Assembly (NCBI RefSeq): GCF_001194135.2
Contig: NC_068985.1
Location: 36,274,247-36,320,381 of the forward strand
Source: Octopus bimaculoides
Lineage: Eukaryota
DNA: 46,135 nucleotides
Direction of reading: 5' to 3'
Below the pieces are notes generated by a model. The model searched no databases and was not told the DNA's origin. It saw only the letters and a program-made list of their open reading frames with translations. The position numbers and the translations under genes were made by a program. Below are positions 11,291-23,344 of this stretch, piece after piece (the stretch's first letter is position 1; the number at the start of each line of letters is the position of its first letter).

Positions 11291-12219
11291 AACGGATTAG
11301 TGACAGGACGGGTGTCTGGCCATAGAAAAATGAATTCTATCTGACCAATGCAACATAGAAAGTGGAAGCTAACAGTGGCGTCAGTGACAACAACTATTAC
11401 ACGAATAGTCACAGCTGGAAAGGCTTCCATTATTTATCTGCTCAACTGCAGCAACAACAACAACAACAACAAGTACACATATTCAACACAAGTCATTCAA
11501 AAGCCATGCAAGTCTGCATACATATTTTAATAAAAAACAAAATATTTTACACTGAATGTGCTAAGCAGATGACACAAATACTTAATACTAAAAATATGAT
11601 AGTCAAAACAAAACAAATTTTAAATCACACATGACATCTAAATAAAGTATGTAGTCGTAGAAAAAATTTGCAGAAGTTTTTAAGATAGTGTAAATAGCAC
11701 AGTATATTTCAAAAAGTAATAACAATGTAAGTTTTTTTTATATCTAAGTCTGCTGAAAAGGGTATTCAGGTTTTAAATTCAATAGTGTGGTTTTATTTCT
11801 ATTAGATATATTAAATACTATAGTCTGTGTTGTACGTAAACTACACTTGTACTCTTGGGAAATGACATCAATTTTCATTAAGCAAGGTTATGTTTGTGGA
11901 GAAAGTAATATATTATAATTCAATTCTTATAAAACACATGCACCTACCCGAACACACACACACACACAAATGTGTGTATATCACCAGCATGAAAAATAGA
12001 CATTAAAAGATGGTGATGAGGATGGTGATATATATATATATATATATAGATATATACTTACACACACAGAATTGTGGTGCAGGCTCGTACTTGACAAGCT
12101 CCTGTTAAACTGTTGGCATGGAAGGCAGATGTTAAACGATGATGATGATACATACATACATACATACATATAAATATCTATATCCTCTTTCTTTTCTTTC
12201 CTTTCCTGAGCATCTAATA

Positions 12220-12610
12220 TTATTGTTGTTGTTGGCACTCCATCGCTTACGACGTGGAGGGTTCCAGTTGATCCGATCAACGGAACAGCCTGCTTGTGAA
12301 ATTAACGTGCAAGTGGCTGAGCACTCCACAGACACGTGTACCCTCAACGTAGTTCTCGGGGATATTCAGCATGACACAGTGTGACAAGGCTGACCCTTTG
12401 AATTACAGGCACAACAGAAACAGAAAGTAAGAGTGAGAGAAAGTTGTGGCGAAAGAGTACAGCAGGGTTCACCATCATCCCCTGCCGGAGCCTCGTGGAG
12501 CTTTAGGTGTTTTCGCTCAATAAACACTCACAACGCCCAGTCCGGGAATCGAAACTGTGATCCTACGACCGCGAGTCCGCTGTCCTAACCACTGGGCCAT
12601 TGCGCCTCCA
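12220..12610 (-). mobile_element. tRNA-derived SINE family B, near full length, (AAC)n tail, degenerate 15-bp TSD
   Basis: Minus strand begins TGGAGGCGCAATGGCCCAGTGGTTAGG...GTTTCGATTCCC (A and B boxes). Flanks cctgagcatctaata (12205-12219) and cctgagtgtccaata (12611-12625). Confidence 0.85.
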
Positions 12611-13236
12611 CCTGAGTGTCCAATAACACTGTACTTATTCCACATCCTTGTGTTGTTGTTTTTGCATGTTTTTTCTTGCTTGTGCATGTTTGGATCGACT
12701 NNNNNNNNNNNNNNNNNNNNNNNNNNNNNNNNNNNNNNNNNNNNNNNNNNNNNNNNNNNNNNNNNNNNNNNNNNNNNNNNNNNNNNNNNNNNNNNNNNNN
12801 NNNNNNNNNNNNNNNNNNNNNNNNNNNNNNNNNNNNNNNNNNNNNNNNNNNNNNNNNNNNNNNNNNNNNNNNNNNNNNNNNNNNNNNNNNNNNNNNNNNN
12901 NNNNNNNNNNNNNNNNNNNNNNNNNNNNNNNNNNNNNNNNNNNNNNNNNNNNNNNNNNNNNNNNNNNNNNNNNNNNNNNNNNNNNNNNNNNNNNNNNNNN
13001 NNNNNNNNNNNNNNNNNNNNNNNNNNNNNNNNNNNNNNNNNNNNNNNNNNNNNNNNNNNNNNNNNNNNNNNNNNNNNNNNNNNNNNNNNNNNNNNNNNNN
13101 NNNNNNNNNNNNNNNNNNNNNNNNNNNNNNNNNNNNNNNNNNNNNNNNNNNNNNNNNNNNNNNNNNNNNNNNNNNNNNNNNNNNNNNNNNNNNNNNNNNN
13201 NNNNNNNNNNNNNNNNNNNNNNNNNNNNNNNNNNNN

Positions 13237-13432
13237 TCGTGCGAGTGACACGTAAAAGCACCCACTACACTCTCTGAGTGGTTGGCGTTAGGAAGGGCAT
13301 CCAGCTGTAGAAACTCTGCCAAATTAGATTGGAGCCTGGTGTTGCCATCCGGTTTCACCAGTCCTCAGTCAAATCGTCCAACCCATGCTAGCATGGAAAG
13401 CGGACGTTAAACGATGATGATGATGATGATGA
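13237..13432 (+). mobile_element. RTE LINE 3' tail (5' part in gap)
   Basis: Near-identical to 8040-8224. Confidence 0.88.
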
Positions 13433-14498
13433 TATATATATATATATATATATATAAATATATACATATATTGTGTGTGTGTGTGTGCACCCTTCTCTTA
13501 ACATCACACAATGGATGTAAATGAGCAACATCGTGATGTTGCTTGTTTTCAAGGTTGGCAACAGGAAGGGCATCTGGCCATGGTAATTTACCTCAACAAA
13601 CTACATCTGAACCATGACAAAGCTGATGATGATGATGATGGTGATGATGATGACGATGGACAGACAGACAAACATAATGCCCATTATAGTAAGAGAGCCA
13701 ATTGCCCAACTACGATGGGAAATAAAGGGATAGTATCGCAAATCTAAATCCTCTAAATTCATGAACTATATGGGGGGTGGGGGTGGAATGCAGAGTTAAT
13801 CTTTGTAGCCGGAATTTTAACAAAAAATATCAAAAGTGATTTATTAATATAAAACTCAATATCCACTAAATAATCATACTCTTTCACTAAAAACCTTCCT
13901 GATTACCTTTGTAATCCCAAAAAACATCATGACCATTGATCCAGCTGTTTGACCGTGAAGAGGGAACAGACAGACAGACAAATATAATGCCCATTATCTA
14001 AGATATATACGATGGGTTTCTTTCAGTTTTTGTCTACCAAATCCACTCACAAGGCTTTGGTTGACCCAAGGTTATATAGATAACACTTGCCGAAGGTGTC
14101 ATACACTGGGACTGAATCCGGAACCATGTGGTTGGGAAGCAAGCTCTCTACCACACAGCCATGCCTGCACCTATATATGTTTTGATTTTTAACTCCAAGC
14201 TTTAGTCTTCTCTGAGTTGAGGGAAACTCTAATGCTTGGCACTCCCAAAGTTTGAAGACCCTGAGACATGGCCCATATTCACTCATACATAAATCCAGCT
14301 CTAGGTGGAAGCCATCCTTCCATTGGTTTGATCAAAACCGATTACCTCCAGACAGACAGAAAAGAAAGCAGTAAAAAAGCGAAGAAGCAGCCCCAACATA
14401 GGACTGGTACTTTATTGACCTAAAAAGGATTAAAGGCAAAGTTCACCTTGGCAATACTTGAGCTCAGAGTGTAGAGAACCAGAACAAATATTGTTGGG

Positions 14499-14800
14499 CA
14501 GTGGTTCCCAAACTTTTTAGAGACGCGACCCACTATTTATGACACCAGTTTATGGTGACCCACTTAACTCTACTGGGTAAAAACAGACTTTTCCTTTTTA
14601 CGATTACGTATGAATAAATAACTTGAGAAAATGACCACCTCTGATTTGTTAAGTTTGTGAAAAAAGCCTACTGCTTGATAAAACAACCAGTCTGGTATTG
14701 AAAACACGAGTCTTGAACTATCTCGATAGACAGCAGTTAATCAAAGCTAATGCGTAATTTTATAACTTTTTGCGACCCACTAGGATTCCGTTCACGACCC
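14499..14800 (+). mobile_element. hAT (Charlie-like) non-autonomous element, right end in gap
   Basis: Begins CAGTGGTTCCCAAACTTTTT with repeated subterminal GCGACCCAC motifs, typical of hAT MITEs. Second TIR not visible. Confidence 0.65.
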
Positions 14801-15109
14801 NNNNNNNNNNNNNNNNNNNNNNNNNNNNNNNNNNNNNNNNNNNNNNNNNNNNNNNNNNNNNNNNNNNNNNNNNNNNNNNNNNNNNNNNNNNNNNNNNNNN
14901 NNNNNNNNNNNNNNNNNNNNNNNNNNNNNNNNNNNNNNNNNNNNNNNNNNNNNNNNNNNNNNNNNNNNNNNNNNNNNNNNNNNNNNNNNNNNNNNNNNNN
15001 NNNNNNNNNNNNNNNNNNNNNGATGATGATGATGATGATGAATAAATAATAAATGCATATGGCAATTAATTATGATGGAGATTAATAGGATGGGGATTAA
15101 TATGACTGC

Positions 15110-15425
15110 AATAGAGAAGAGACTCAAGGAGAGGCAGGATTTTACAGGAAGTGGGGGTAGTGGAGAGTGGGAAAACGAAAGGACTGAAAGAGAAAAAGTG
15201 GCAAGGGGGGGGATGAAAGGCGGGATAATAGAATAATTAGGGAAAGGAAAACAGAAAGAGAAGAAATGACCCAGAAGAAGAGAAGGGAAAAGGAAAAGAA
15301 AAAGAAAGGAAAGAAGCAAGGTTGAAAAGAAAGCAACGAGTGAAGAAAGAAGCAAGAGAAATGAGAATGAAATAGAAAAGGTGAAGGAACAGAGAGAGAA
15401 GGAGGGAATAAACAGAAAGCGAGAA
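15110..15425. repeat. Polypurine GA-rich low-complexity tract
   Basis: Direct reading; source of several spurious ORFs. Confidence 0.85.
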
Positions 15426-15529
15426 CAAACAGTAATAACTGTGACAGATTTATATGGTACCAAAAAAAAAATGTTGTCAGGATTTTTTTTCCATAACTCA
15501 GCAGAATTTCACTATACTGTTGAATCTAT

Positions 15530-15740
15530 TCTTTACTCTTTTACTCTTTTACTTGTTTCAGTCATTTGACTGCGGCCATGCTGGGGCACCACCTTTAGTC
15601 GAGCAAATCGACCCCAGGACTTATTCTAAGCCTAGTATTTATTCTATCGTCCCTTTTTGCCGAACCGCTAAGTGACGGGGACATAAAGACACCAGCATCG
15701 GTTGTCAAGCAATGCTAGGGGGACAAACACAGACACACAA

Positions 15741-15773
<33 letters not shown>

Positions 15774-15940
15774 CATATATACGACGGGCTTCTTTCAGTT
15801 TCCGTCTACCAAATCCACTCACAAGGCTTTGGTTGGCTCGAGGCTATATTAGAAGACACTTGCCCAAAATGCCACGCAGTGGGGCTGAACCCAGAACCAT
15901 GTGGTTGGTAAGCAAGCTACTTACCACACAGCCACTCCTT
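15530..15940 (-). mobile_element. Composite tRNA/CORE-like SINE family C: tRNA head, CORE-like body, (TA)n/(TG)n spacer, 3' module ending in (AAAGAGT)n
   Basis: Minus-strand head GGAGTGGCTGTGTGGTAAG...GGGTTCAGCCCC and CORE-like TTGGGCAAGTG. 3' module ...CCCCAGCATGGCCGCAGTCAAATGACTGAAACAAG. Head-only copies at about 14010-14170, 19400-19540, 29730-29930 and 37490-37640 (minus) and 32985-33120 and 39735-39890 (plus); 3' module copy at about 36095-36340. Confidence 0.82.
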
Positions 15941-16041
15941 TGCCTACAACATAGACTAATTTTTCCTTTATTGTTTCTGTGGTTATAATTAGTGTTGTTG
16001 ATATTTCTTTTATTGCCTCACGTGTGTATATATCATCATCA

Positions 16042-16217
16042 TCATCATCATCATCGTTTAACGTCCGCTTTCCATGCTAGCATGGGTTGGACGATTTGAC
16101 TGAGGACTGGTGAAACCGGATGGCAACACCAGGCTCCAATCTAAATTTGGCAGAGTTTCTACAGCTGGATGCCCTTCCTAACGCCAACCACTCAGTGAGT
16201 GTAGTAGGTGCTTTTAC
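16042..16217 (-). mobile_element. RTE LINE 3' tail (5' part in gap)
   Basis: (atc)n followed by the reverse complement of the family tail. Confidence 0.88.
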
Positions 16218-16867
16218 NNNNNNNNNNNNNNNNNNNNNNNNNNNNNNNNNNNNNNNNNNNNNNNNNNNNNNNNNNNNNNNNNNNNNNNNNNNNNNNNNNN
16301 NNNNNNNNNNNNNNNNNNNNNNNNNNNNNNNNNNNNNNNNNNNNNNNNNNNNNNNNNNNNNNNNNNNNNNNNNNNNNNNNNNNNNNNNNNNNNNNNNNNN
16401 NNNNNNNNNNNNNNNNNNNTATATAAAGAGAGAGAGAGAAAGGGAGAGTGAGAGCATAGATGTTTTCTAAGTCTAAGAAGATAACTTCATAGAGCTTTGC
16501 ATTAAGATACAGACATTCATCCCACTTCAAATAAAAATTTACAATAGGAAGTGTATATAATTGTTAAACTTTCAGGTGAAATAATAGTAGCTGCAGTAAA
16601 AAAAATATCTGCATTTTCAACTCAAATAAGACCTGTAAAGCAAATGTCACAATTGTGCAGAGCAAAAGATCATGTGTTGATAATGTGTTGGTTGGGTCAT
16701 AATTTCAGAGGTCAACAAAATTCATACTGAAAGGAAATCTGGCCACCCAAAGAACACCAGAGGTCAAATATTTATGATAGACTGGAATAAATGATAAGCA
16801 ATCATCTTGCAGAAAGTGAAAATGATTAAATAAAATTACAATGTATAAAATTTTAATTTCTACTCAC

Positions 16868-17047
16868 CATTCTAAGTCCAAGATTTCTAAGTATTCCAGC
16901 ATACTGAGAGAACTTATTTCTGATATGTCATTGAAGGAGAGGTAAAGCTCTTTTAAATTTGAAAGAGATCCAATACCATCTAAATCTTGGAGACAACATT
17001 GTGACATCCATAAAATATTCAATCCATGGAGAGAAGAACCAAGATCT
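16868..17047 (-). CDS. LRRC56: LRRC56 coding exon 3 (LRR core, DLGSSLHGLNILWMSQCCLQDLDGIG...ILDLE)
   Basis: tctttgtctag|A...TG|gtgagt; 180 nt, phase 2 to 2; canonical LxxLxLxxNxI repeats. Confidence 0.95.
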
Positions 17048-17590
17048 CTAGACAAAGACAAAAACACAGAGATGAATAATTAATTCAACGATATGAAAAA
17101 ATAATCCTATTTGTGATGGACAGTTGTGTTCCTCAAACCCAAGAAAATTTCTCAACATTTCTGACCATTGATTCGTTCTTACTGTGTTCAACATTGCATT
17201 TCTAAAATAACAGAGATGATCTTTAATAATCATTTAAACCTTTTTTGCTTCTTCAGCAACTTCTAGTTTAAATTATTCTGAACCAGATCCACTAGAGATT
17301 ATGTCTTTTATATCACATTCTAATATTCTGTTTCCTTTGTTGATTTTGTGAAAAACCAAGTTATTGCCAAAAGTATTGTATCTGTCACAAGTATTGCCTG
17401 TCAATAGGGTCTCCTAAAATCTCTATTAGTGATAACATATCTCAAAGCTTGGTCATCTCACTGAATCTTTTCCTATTCAATGTCAATGAATAACTCACTT
17501 CAACCATAAATGAACTTATGCAAATGAGAGCACCCTACATATTCACATAATTTCAAAACACAAACATTAAATCTCTCTTTAAAAAAGAAA

Positions 17591-17835
17591 TCATCATCAT
17601 CATCATTTAATGTCTGTAGTCCATGTTAGCATGGGTTGGATAGTTTGACCAGGGCTGGTAAGCTGAGGGATTGTACCAGGCTCCAGTCTGATTTGGCATG
17701 GTTTCTACAGCTGGATACCCTTCCTAATGCCGACCATTCCAAGAGTGTAATGGGTGTTTTTACATGCCACTGGCACAGGTACCAGTTGCGTGACACCAGT
17801 ATCTGGCACAACGACTATTTCACTTGACTTGATGG
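17591..17835 (-). mobile_element. Older RTE-tail copy
   Basis: Diverged version with CpG decay (tttaatgtctgtagtccatgttagcatgggttgga...cccttcctaatgccgacc). Confidence 0.78.
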
Positions 17836-19023
17836 GTTTAAGAAGACTAACAAAACTGATAAGTTCATAAAGAAGAGTAAGAAGTTTTGGTCACAGTTTT
17901 CAATTGATATTTCATCCCTACTAGTAATAACACAATACCCATGTAATTCTGATGTCCACCTTTTTCTTTATTAAATGCTTATTTTTTCTCACTGTGCTAC
18001 TGATGAGTACTCTTTGACAATACAGATTTTTAAAATGAATCTATTGTCTTTCTGTACGAAACAGTCGTCTAGCGAATTGAATAGATATTTTATCCCATAT
18101 TAACATCTAATCACTTCCATTTATGAAAAATGTGATTGAATTTGTCGAACTTCGTTTTATAACTTAAATCATATACTTATATATCTATCTGTATATNNNN
18201 NNNNNNNNNNNNNNNNNNNNNNNNNNNNNNNNNNNNNNNNNNNNNNNNNNNNNNNNNNNNNNNNNNNNNNNNNNNNNNNNNNNNNNNNNNNNNNNNNNNN
18301 NNNNNNNNNNNNNNNNNNNNNNNNNNNNNNNNNNNNNNNNNNNNNNNNNNNNNNNNNNNNNNNNNNNNNNNNNNNNNNNNNNNNNNNNNNNNNNNNNNNN
18401 NNNNNNNNNNNNNNNNNNNNNNNNNNNNNNNNNNNNNNNNNNNNNNNNNNNNNNNNNNNNNNNNNNNNNNNNNNNNNNNNNNNNNNNNNNNNNNNNNNNN
18501 NNNNNNNNNNNNNNNNNNNNNNNNNNNNNNNNNNNNNNNNNNNNNNNNNNNNNNNNNNNNNNNNNNNNNNNNNNNNNNNNNNNNNNNNNNNNNNNNNNNN
18601 NNNNNNNNNNNNNNNNNNNNNNNNNNNNNNNNNNNNNNNNNNNNNNNNNNNNNNNNNNNNNNNNNNNNNNNNNNNNNNNNNNNNNNNNNNNNNNNNNNNN
18701 NNNNNNNNNNNNNNNNNNNNNNNNNNNNNNNNNNNNNNNNNNNNAGCTGCTAACCATAAACTATAAAATAATTTTTTTCAGCTTATCAAACTTCAATATG
18801 GGCAAAATTTACAACCTTCTACATCAATAACCCACTACTGTTCTTGAAAGTTGTTTTTTATACCTTCTATGGACTGCTTGAAGCTTACTAACTTCCTATA
18901 CCTTGATCCTTGGATCTTACCTTTACATATATATATATATATCAGTGGCATATAGTGGTTGTTATCATCATGTGTACTGCCAAACTGACCACACTATGAC
19001 TAACATTAATATTACTCAAGTTA

Positions 19024-19238
19024 AAAGCGGCGAGCTGGCAGAAACGTTAGCACGCCAGGAGAAATGCTTAGCAGAGTTTTGTCTGTCTTTACATTCTGAG
19101 TTCAAATTCCACCAAGGTTGACTTTGTTTTTCATCCTTTTTAAGTCGATAAAATTAAGTGCCAGTTGTGTACTGGGGTCGATCTAATCGACTGGCCTCTT
19201 CCCCCAAAATTTTGGGCCTTGTGCCTAGAGTAGGAAAG
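19024..19238 (+). mobile_element. tRNA-derived SINE family A, TSD 16 bp with 1 mismatch
   Basis: Same head and body as 1352. aatattactcaa(g/a)tta at 19008-19023 and 19239-19254. Confidence 0.87.
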
Positions 19239-19610
19239 AATATTACTCAAATTAGGCATACAAACTGTATTTCTGATACTGCTTAAACTTGTAGTGTTCA
19301 TAGTATATTTGCCATTTTCTATGGAAGTGAGGCACTCATTTAGCACACCCAGAATATACATCCTTGATACATACACACATCCACACATATATATGATGAG
19401 CCTCTTCAGTTTCCATCTACCAAATCCACTCTCAAGGGTTTGGTTAGCTTGGAGCTATACTAGAAGACATACGCCCAAGGTACCACAATGTGAGACGGCA
19501 TCCAAGACAACAAGGTTGGGAAGCAAGCTCCTTAACTACACACACACACACCTGTACCTACTAGATATTAAATGTCTTGATTCCATGCAGAAAAATTAGG
19601 GTTAACCTAC

Positions 19611-19759
19611 CTAATTGAGTGTATGATACTGGTAGAGAGTTTTAATTCCCACAGATTTGGAACAAGGGAGCCAAAGTTTCCAAGACTCATTTCTGATGTG
19701 TCCACTTTCAGTTCAAGGGTTTTCACATCTTCAAGGTCATCAACTCCAGACAATAGACA
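19611..19759 (-). CDS. LRRC56: LRRC56 coding exon 2 (CLLSGVDDLED...SIIHSI)
   Basis: tttaatttcag|TGT...AG|gtaggt; 149 nt, phase 0 to 2; contains SLGNFG..VPNL.ELKL. Not in the ORF track. Confidence 0.93.
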
Positions 19760-20786
19760 CTGAAATTAAAGAGGACAAAATTGATTGGGTAAATATCAGT
19801 TGTTGCTGTTGTTGTTTTTGATTAACCCTAGGTGAGTTCCGAATGAGCAAAGTACATATGCACGTACTTTTTTTGCTCAGTTTGAACTCATCTAAAAACA
19901 ACAGCAACAACTGATATTTACCCAGTCAATTTTGTACGTATGTATATATGTACATACATAAATACATATGTACATACATACATACATACCATATGTCATA
20001 CATACATATATACATATGTACATACATACGTATATACATACATATGTACGTACATAAAAGAAAGAAAACATACTAATGAACACAGATATGTATACCCCCG
20101 CCCCACTGCAACGGCTATACATATGTACTAACACTATACACACTCCATTGCCACAAGAACATCAAACTTACAGATACACACATTTCTCATAAACTTTTTT
20201 TCCAGAAACCTCTCGCTGAGTTGCAACAAGACCACTCCCACAGTTGATGATTTTGTACCAAGGGACAACTTAACTTAACTACAGCTTGTTTCGTTTCATA
20301 ATCCTTTTCACAGCACGCACGCACACGCACACACACACACACACACTTGCATGCACAAACACAAACATACACACATACTTGCATGCACAAACACACACAC
20401 ATTTATGTACATTCATAAGGCTTTGGTCAGCCTGGAGTAACAAGGCAAATGTCTTCTAATATAACCCCAGACTAACCAAAGCCTTGTAAATGGATTTGGT
20501 TGACCAAAACTGAAAGAAATTCTCAATATATATATGGTGTTTTTAATATGATACATCTATAAGAGATTTTATCTTGGATGAAAACCACAGTATCTTGCCT
20601 GTCAACCATGTATATATAAGTATGATACATAGATGGCTATTTCATATATATATAATATAGTTTGCACATACATACATGTTTATGTATGTATGTATACTGA
20701 CTTATTTTCTGTTCGTGTTATATCTACATATGTTTCAGAAAAGTCATTTCAAAAATAGAGAATTAAAATTTCTAAAAACAATTTAC

Positions 20787-20933
20787 CAGTTTTCTTGGAG
20801 AGAGATACTGTCGTAACAAGATATCAGTTTCCTCACAGTTCACTGGTTGTGGATTGATCTGGTCTTGAGAAAATTCTGTGATCTTCACTCCCCGAGCCAA
20901 TACACTCTGTGATCGCTCAGAGTGATCAACCAT
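20787..20933 (-). CDS. LRRC56: LRRC56 first coding exon (MVDHSERS...YLSPRKL, 49 aa)
   Basis: Acceptor atttcatttcag just upstream of the ATG, donor CTG|gtaaat, phase 0; contains the VKITEF...NPQP...YLSP motif. Confidence 0.88.
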
Positions 20934-21430
20934 CTCTAAACTGAAATGAAATAAAGACATCTTAATTATATACATTACATACAAGTGTGTGTGTGTGTGT
21001 GTGTGTTCTAAGGTATAGTGTAAAAACTGCAGTGATATTTAAAAATAAAAATATTTAGAAAAACATAGAAAAAAACAAGGGTTCCGATGCTTTGTCTTCT
21101 CAATGAGTGCAGCTCAAGAAATTAAATAACAAAAATAAAACCAATTTGATCAGACTTCTGTGGAATAATCTATTACGAATAACAAGTTATGGCAAAGATG
21201 AAAAGCTACATTTATAAGTGGAGAGTGTTCTATTAGGACATACTGTTAAGAAACATGGAACACTTAATAATGAGTTAATTCTTTGTGAAGTAGTGTGCAT
21301 CCACAGTAAAGCTTTGATCATCAGAGCTTTTATTTTATACTATAGTAAAAGAAAGGTAGTCAAGTTGATACAAAATGTAACGAGCTTTCTCTCTCTATCT
21401 TAAGTTCAAGTTTCACTAACTTCAACTTTA

Positions 21431-21992
21431 GGATCTATTTTAAAACGGGGGCCACATTTTTCATTAATGTTTTACGTAGTGTTTTTGGTACGGAAAGACT
21501 TTCAAACTTCGTATACTTATCTATTTTGTGTTATAGAACAGAAAAATATTTTTGTATTCGAATTTATTTCATGTAAAAAATTGTCTTATTTCGATAATTT
21601 CAACCAATCACTGACAAGTATTCAGTTGTTTACATTTACTCCTTTGGCTGATTAAGTGATGTAAAGCGTATTTAATCTCCATACCTTCGTTTTATTTGCT
21701 TTTTTCATTTTAAATTTGCTTTAACCCTAACCCTAAGGTTAGGGTTAGGGTTAATTGTTTCAGAATCGTTTGTTTATGTAGTCGGCACTTAATGTATATC
21801 GGCTGAATGGACGTCAGTGATTGGTTGAAATTACAGAAATACGACAACTTTCACATGGAATAACTTATGGATTTCTTTTTTTTTTAAGAAGACTAAGAGA
21901 AAAAGATGTTTTATATGACACATTCTACCAGTGTTCCAAGTTTCAAAGTGTTTCGTTAATGAAAAATGTGACCCCCGTTTTAAAAAAGATCC
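21431..21992. mobile_element. 562-bp MITE with 37-bp TIRs and perfect 8-bp TSD (caacttta)
   Basis: Left TIR ggatctattttaaaacgggggccacatttttcattaa (21431-21467); right TIR matches its reverse complement with 2 mismatches (21956-21992). TSD at 21423-21430 and 21993-22000. Superfamily (Merlin, hAT, P or MULE) not resolvable. Confidence 0.92.
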
Positions 21993-23344
21993 CAACTTTA
22001 TACTACATACCTCAGAATTCAGTAAATTAAAATCACAGTCAAGTAAATTGATATGACATTTGCTACCAAATTATCCTTGTAGCTTTTGAAAAGATTTTTA
22101 TATTTTGTCAAAGATAGAAATGATTGTTTCTCAATGTATTGATTTTCCATCCTGGTTTAATTGGCACAACATTCATCGAATTTACTAAATTCCATTTCTT
22201 ATTTTTCTATTCAAGAGATGACACAATCTTGCTGAATTACCTGCCTCTTTACTAATAAATCTCAAACAAACATGTCTAACCTGCACAGGCCAAGCCAAAC
22301 CTACACCCTGATCTATTGCCATCATCAGATATACAAAACTATATTTGACAGCAAACTAGATGTGACATGTCCTAACTTTTACACTGAATGCTACACAAAC
22401 AATTCTGAAATGATAAGGGTATGTAATATAAATCTCAGATCAAAATGAAAAATAATTTATTGGATCTCTTCCAAACATTTTGATTTGTTAGCTGTTTCAC
22501 AAGTCACCCTGAGACTCAATAATAACACAAATTAATGCTACTACTTATTCAGTTTTCATGATTCTTTGCTAAATGCTTTTCTGAAGGTTTTTGTTCCTCC
22601 ACCTCACAGTTAAACTTTGTAAATTCAGTAATGAGGTGGAATTTCTAATGCTTATGTAAATAATGATGATTGCTTGTCAGACAAAATCCAAATCTTTGTA
22701 CAATGGTTTATATCACCTCACAGGGGAAAAAAACAGTCAATATTAGAACATGAATGAACTTGTTTCCTTGAACCATTATAAATATAATAAAAAATAACCA
22801 ATCTCTCTTTGATTGCTTAAGGCAATTAAATAATATAACAGTTTTAGCAACTGTAGTTTCAGTTTGTAGCTTTCTAACTTAGTCATATTTGATTCAATCC
22901 TAGATATACAAATTATTAGCATAAACTGTTGACCATGCTGTGGTCATTAAGTTGAGCAGTTTTTAAGTATTTGAGCCATTATAGTATATACAATTACAGT
23001 AAAATGTTTTATGGAGGTATCTCCTTCTTAAGTCCAACTATTTTATGTGAATTTAATTCAGTAAGTTATTAGGATACCAAATTTAGACACCATCTTTAAG
23101 TTGTTCTGTTTTTCTGTGTCAACAAATTACTGTACATTCATGTTCATTTACTTGGTGATTCTTTCATCAAGTATAGGGAAGTCTATGCTTTGCAGATGAG
23201 ATGAGAATAAGACTAAAATATGTCAGGACTAAGATTTGTCTCCTGTACTAACCCAAGAAAATATTAGCAATTAATTAATATTGTTTTTCCTCACTTTATA
23301 AATATTTCTAGTTAGCTCTTTATTGCTCTCCACATTAGTAGTAG

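Larger units (their letters stand above)
984..20933 (-). other. LRRC56: LRRC56 gene model (leucine-rich repeat-containing protein 56, ODA8-like ciliary dynein transport/assembly factor); 6 coding exons in window, 3' end probably outside
   Basis: Manual splicing gives MVDHSERSQSVLARGVKITEF...LLRQYLSPRKL/CLLSGVDDLEDVKTLELKVDTSEMSLGNFGSLVPNLWELKL.../RDLGSSLHGLNILWMSQCCLQDLDGIGSLSNLKELYLSFNDI.../CNKIDCISQIQYLSFCTNLKGLTLQGNPVC.../TDYNYRQSVLKCVPQLKYFDD...DW. This is collinear with LRRC56 as recalled (EEYLSPARL...VDTREGSLGNFG..PNL..LKL...RDLG..L..L.VLW..RCGL.DLDGI..L..LKELY.SYN.ISDLSPL...YNYR.EV..LIPQL..LD). All introns are GT-AG with consistent phases. Confidence 0.93.

Noticed and set aside
12535-12610. 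tRNA-like A/B boxes (also at 1355-1440 and 15860-15940)
   Set aside because: They are SINE heads: multiple diverged copies with bodies, tails and TSDs, and no complete cloverleaf or acceptor stem.
12517-13358. Long ORFs made of X (also around 14.8, 16.3, 18.4, 36.4, 41.4 and 44.5 kb)
   Set aside because: Artefacts of N-gaps, which contain no stop codons.
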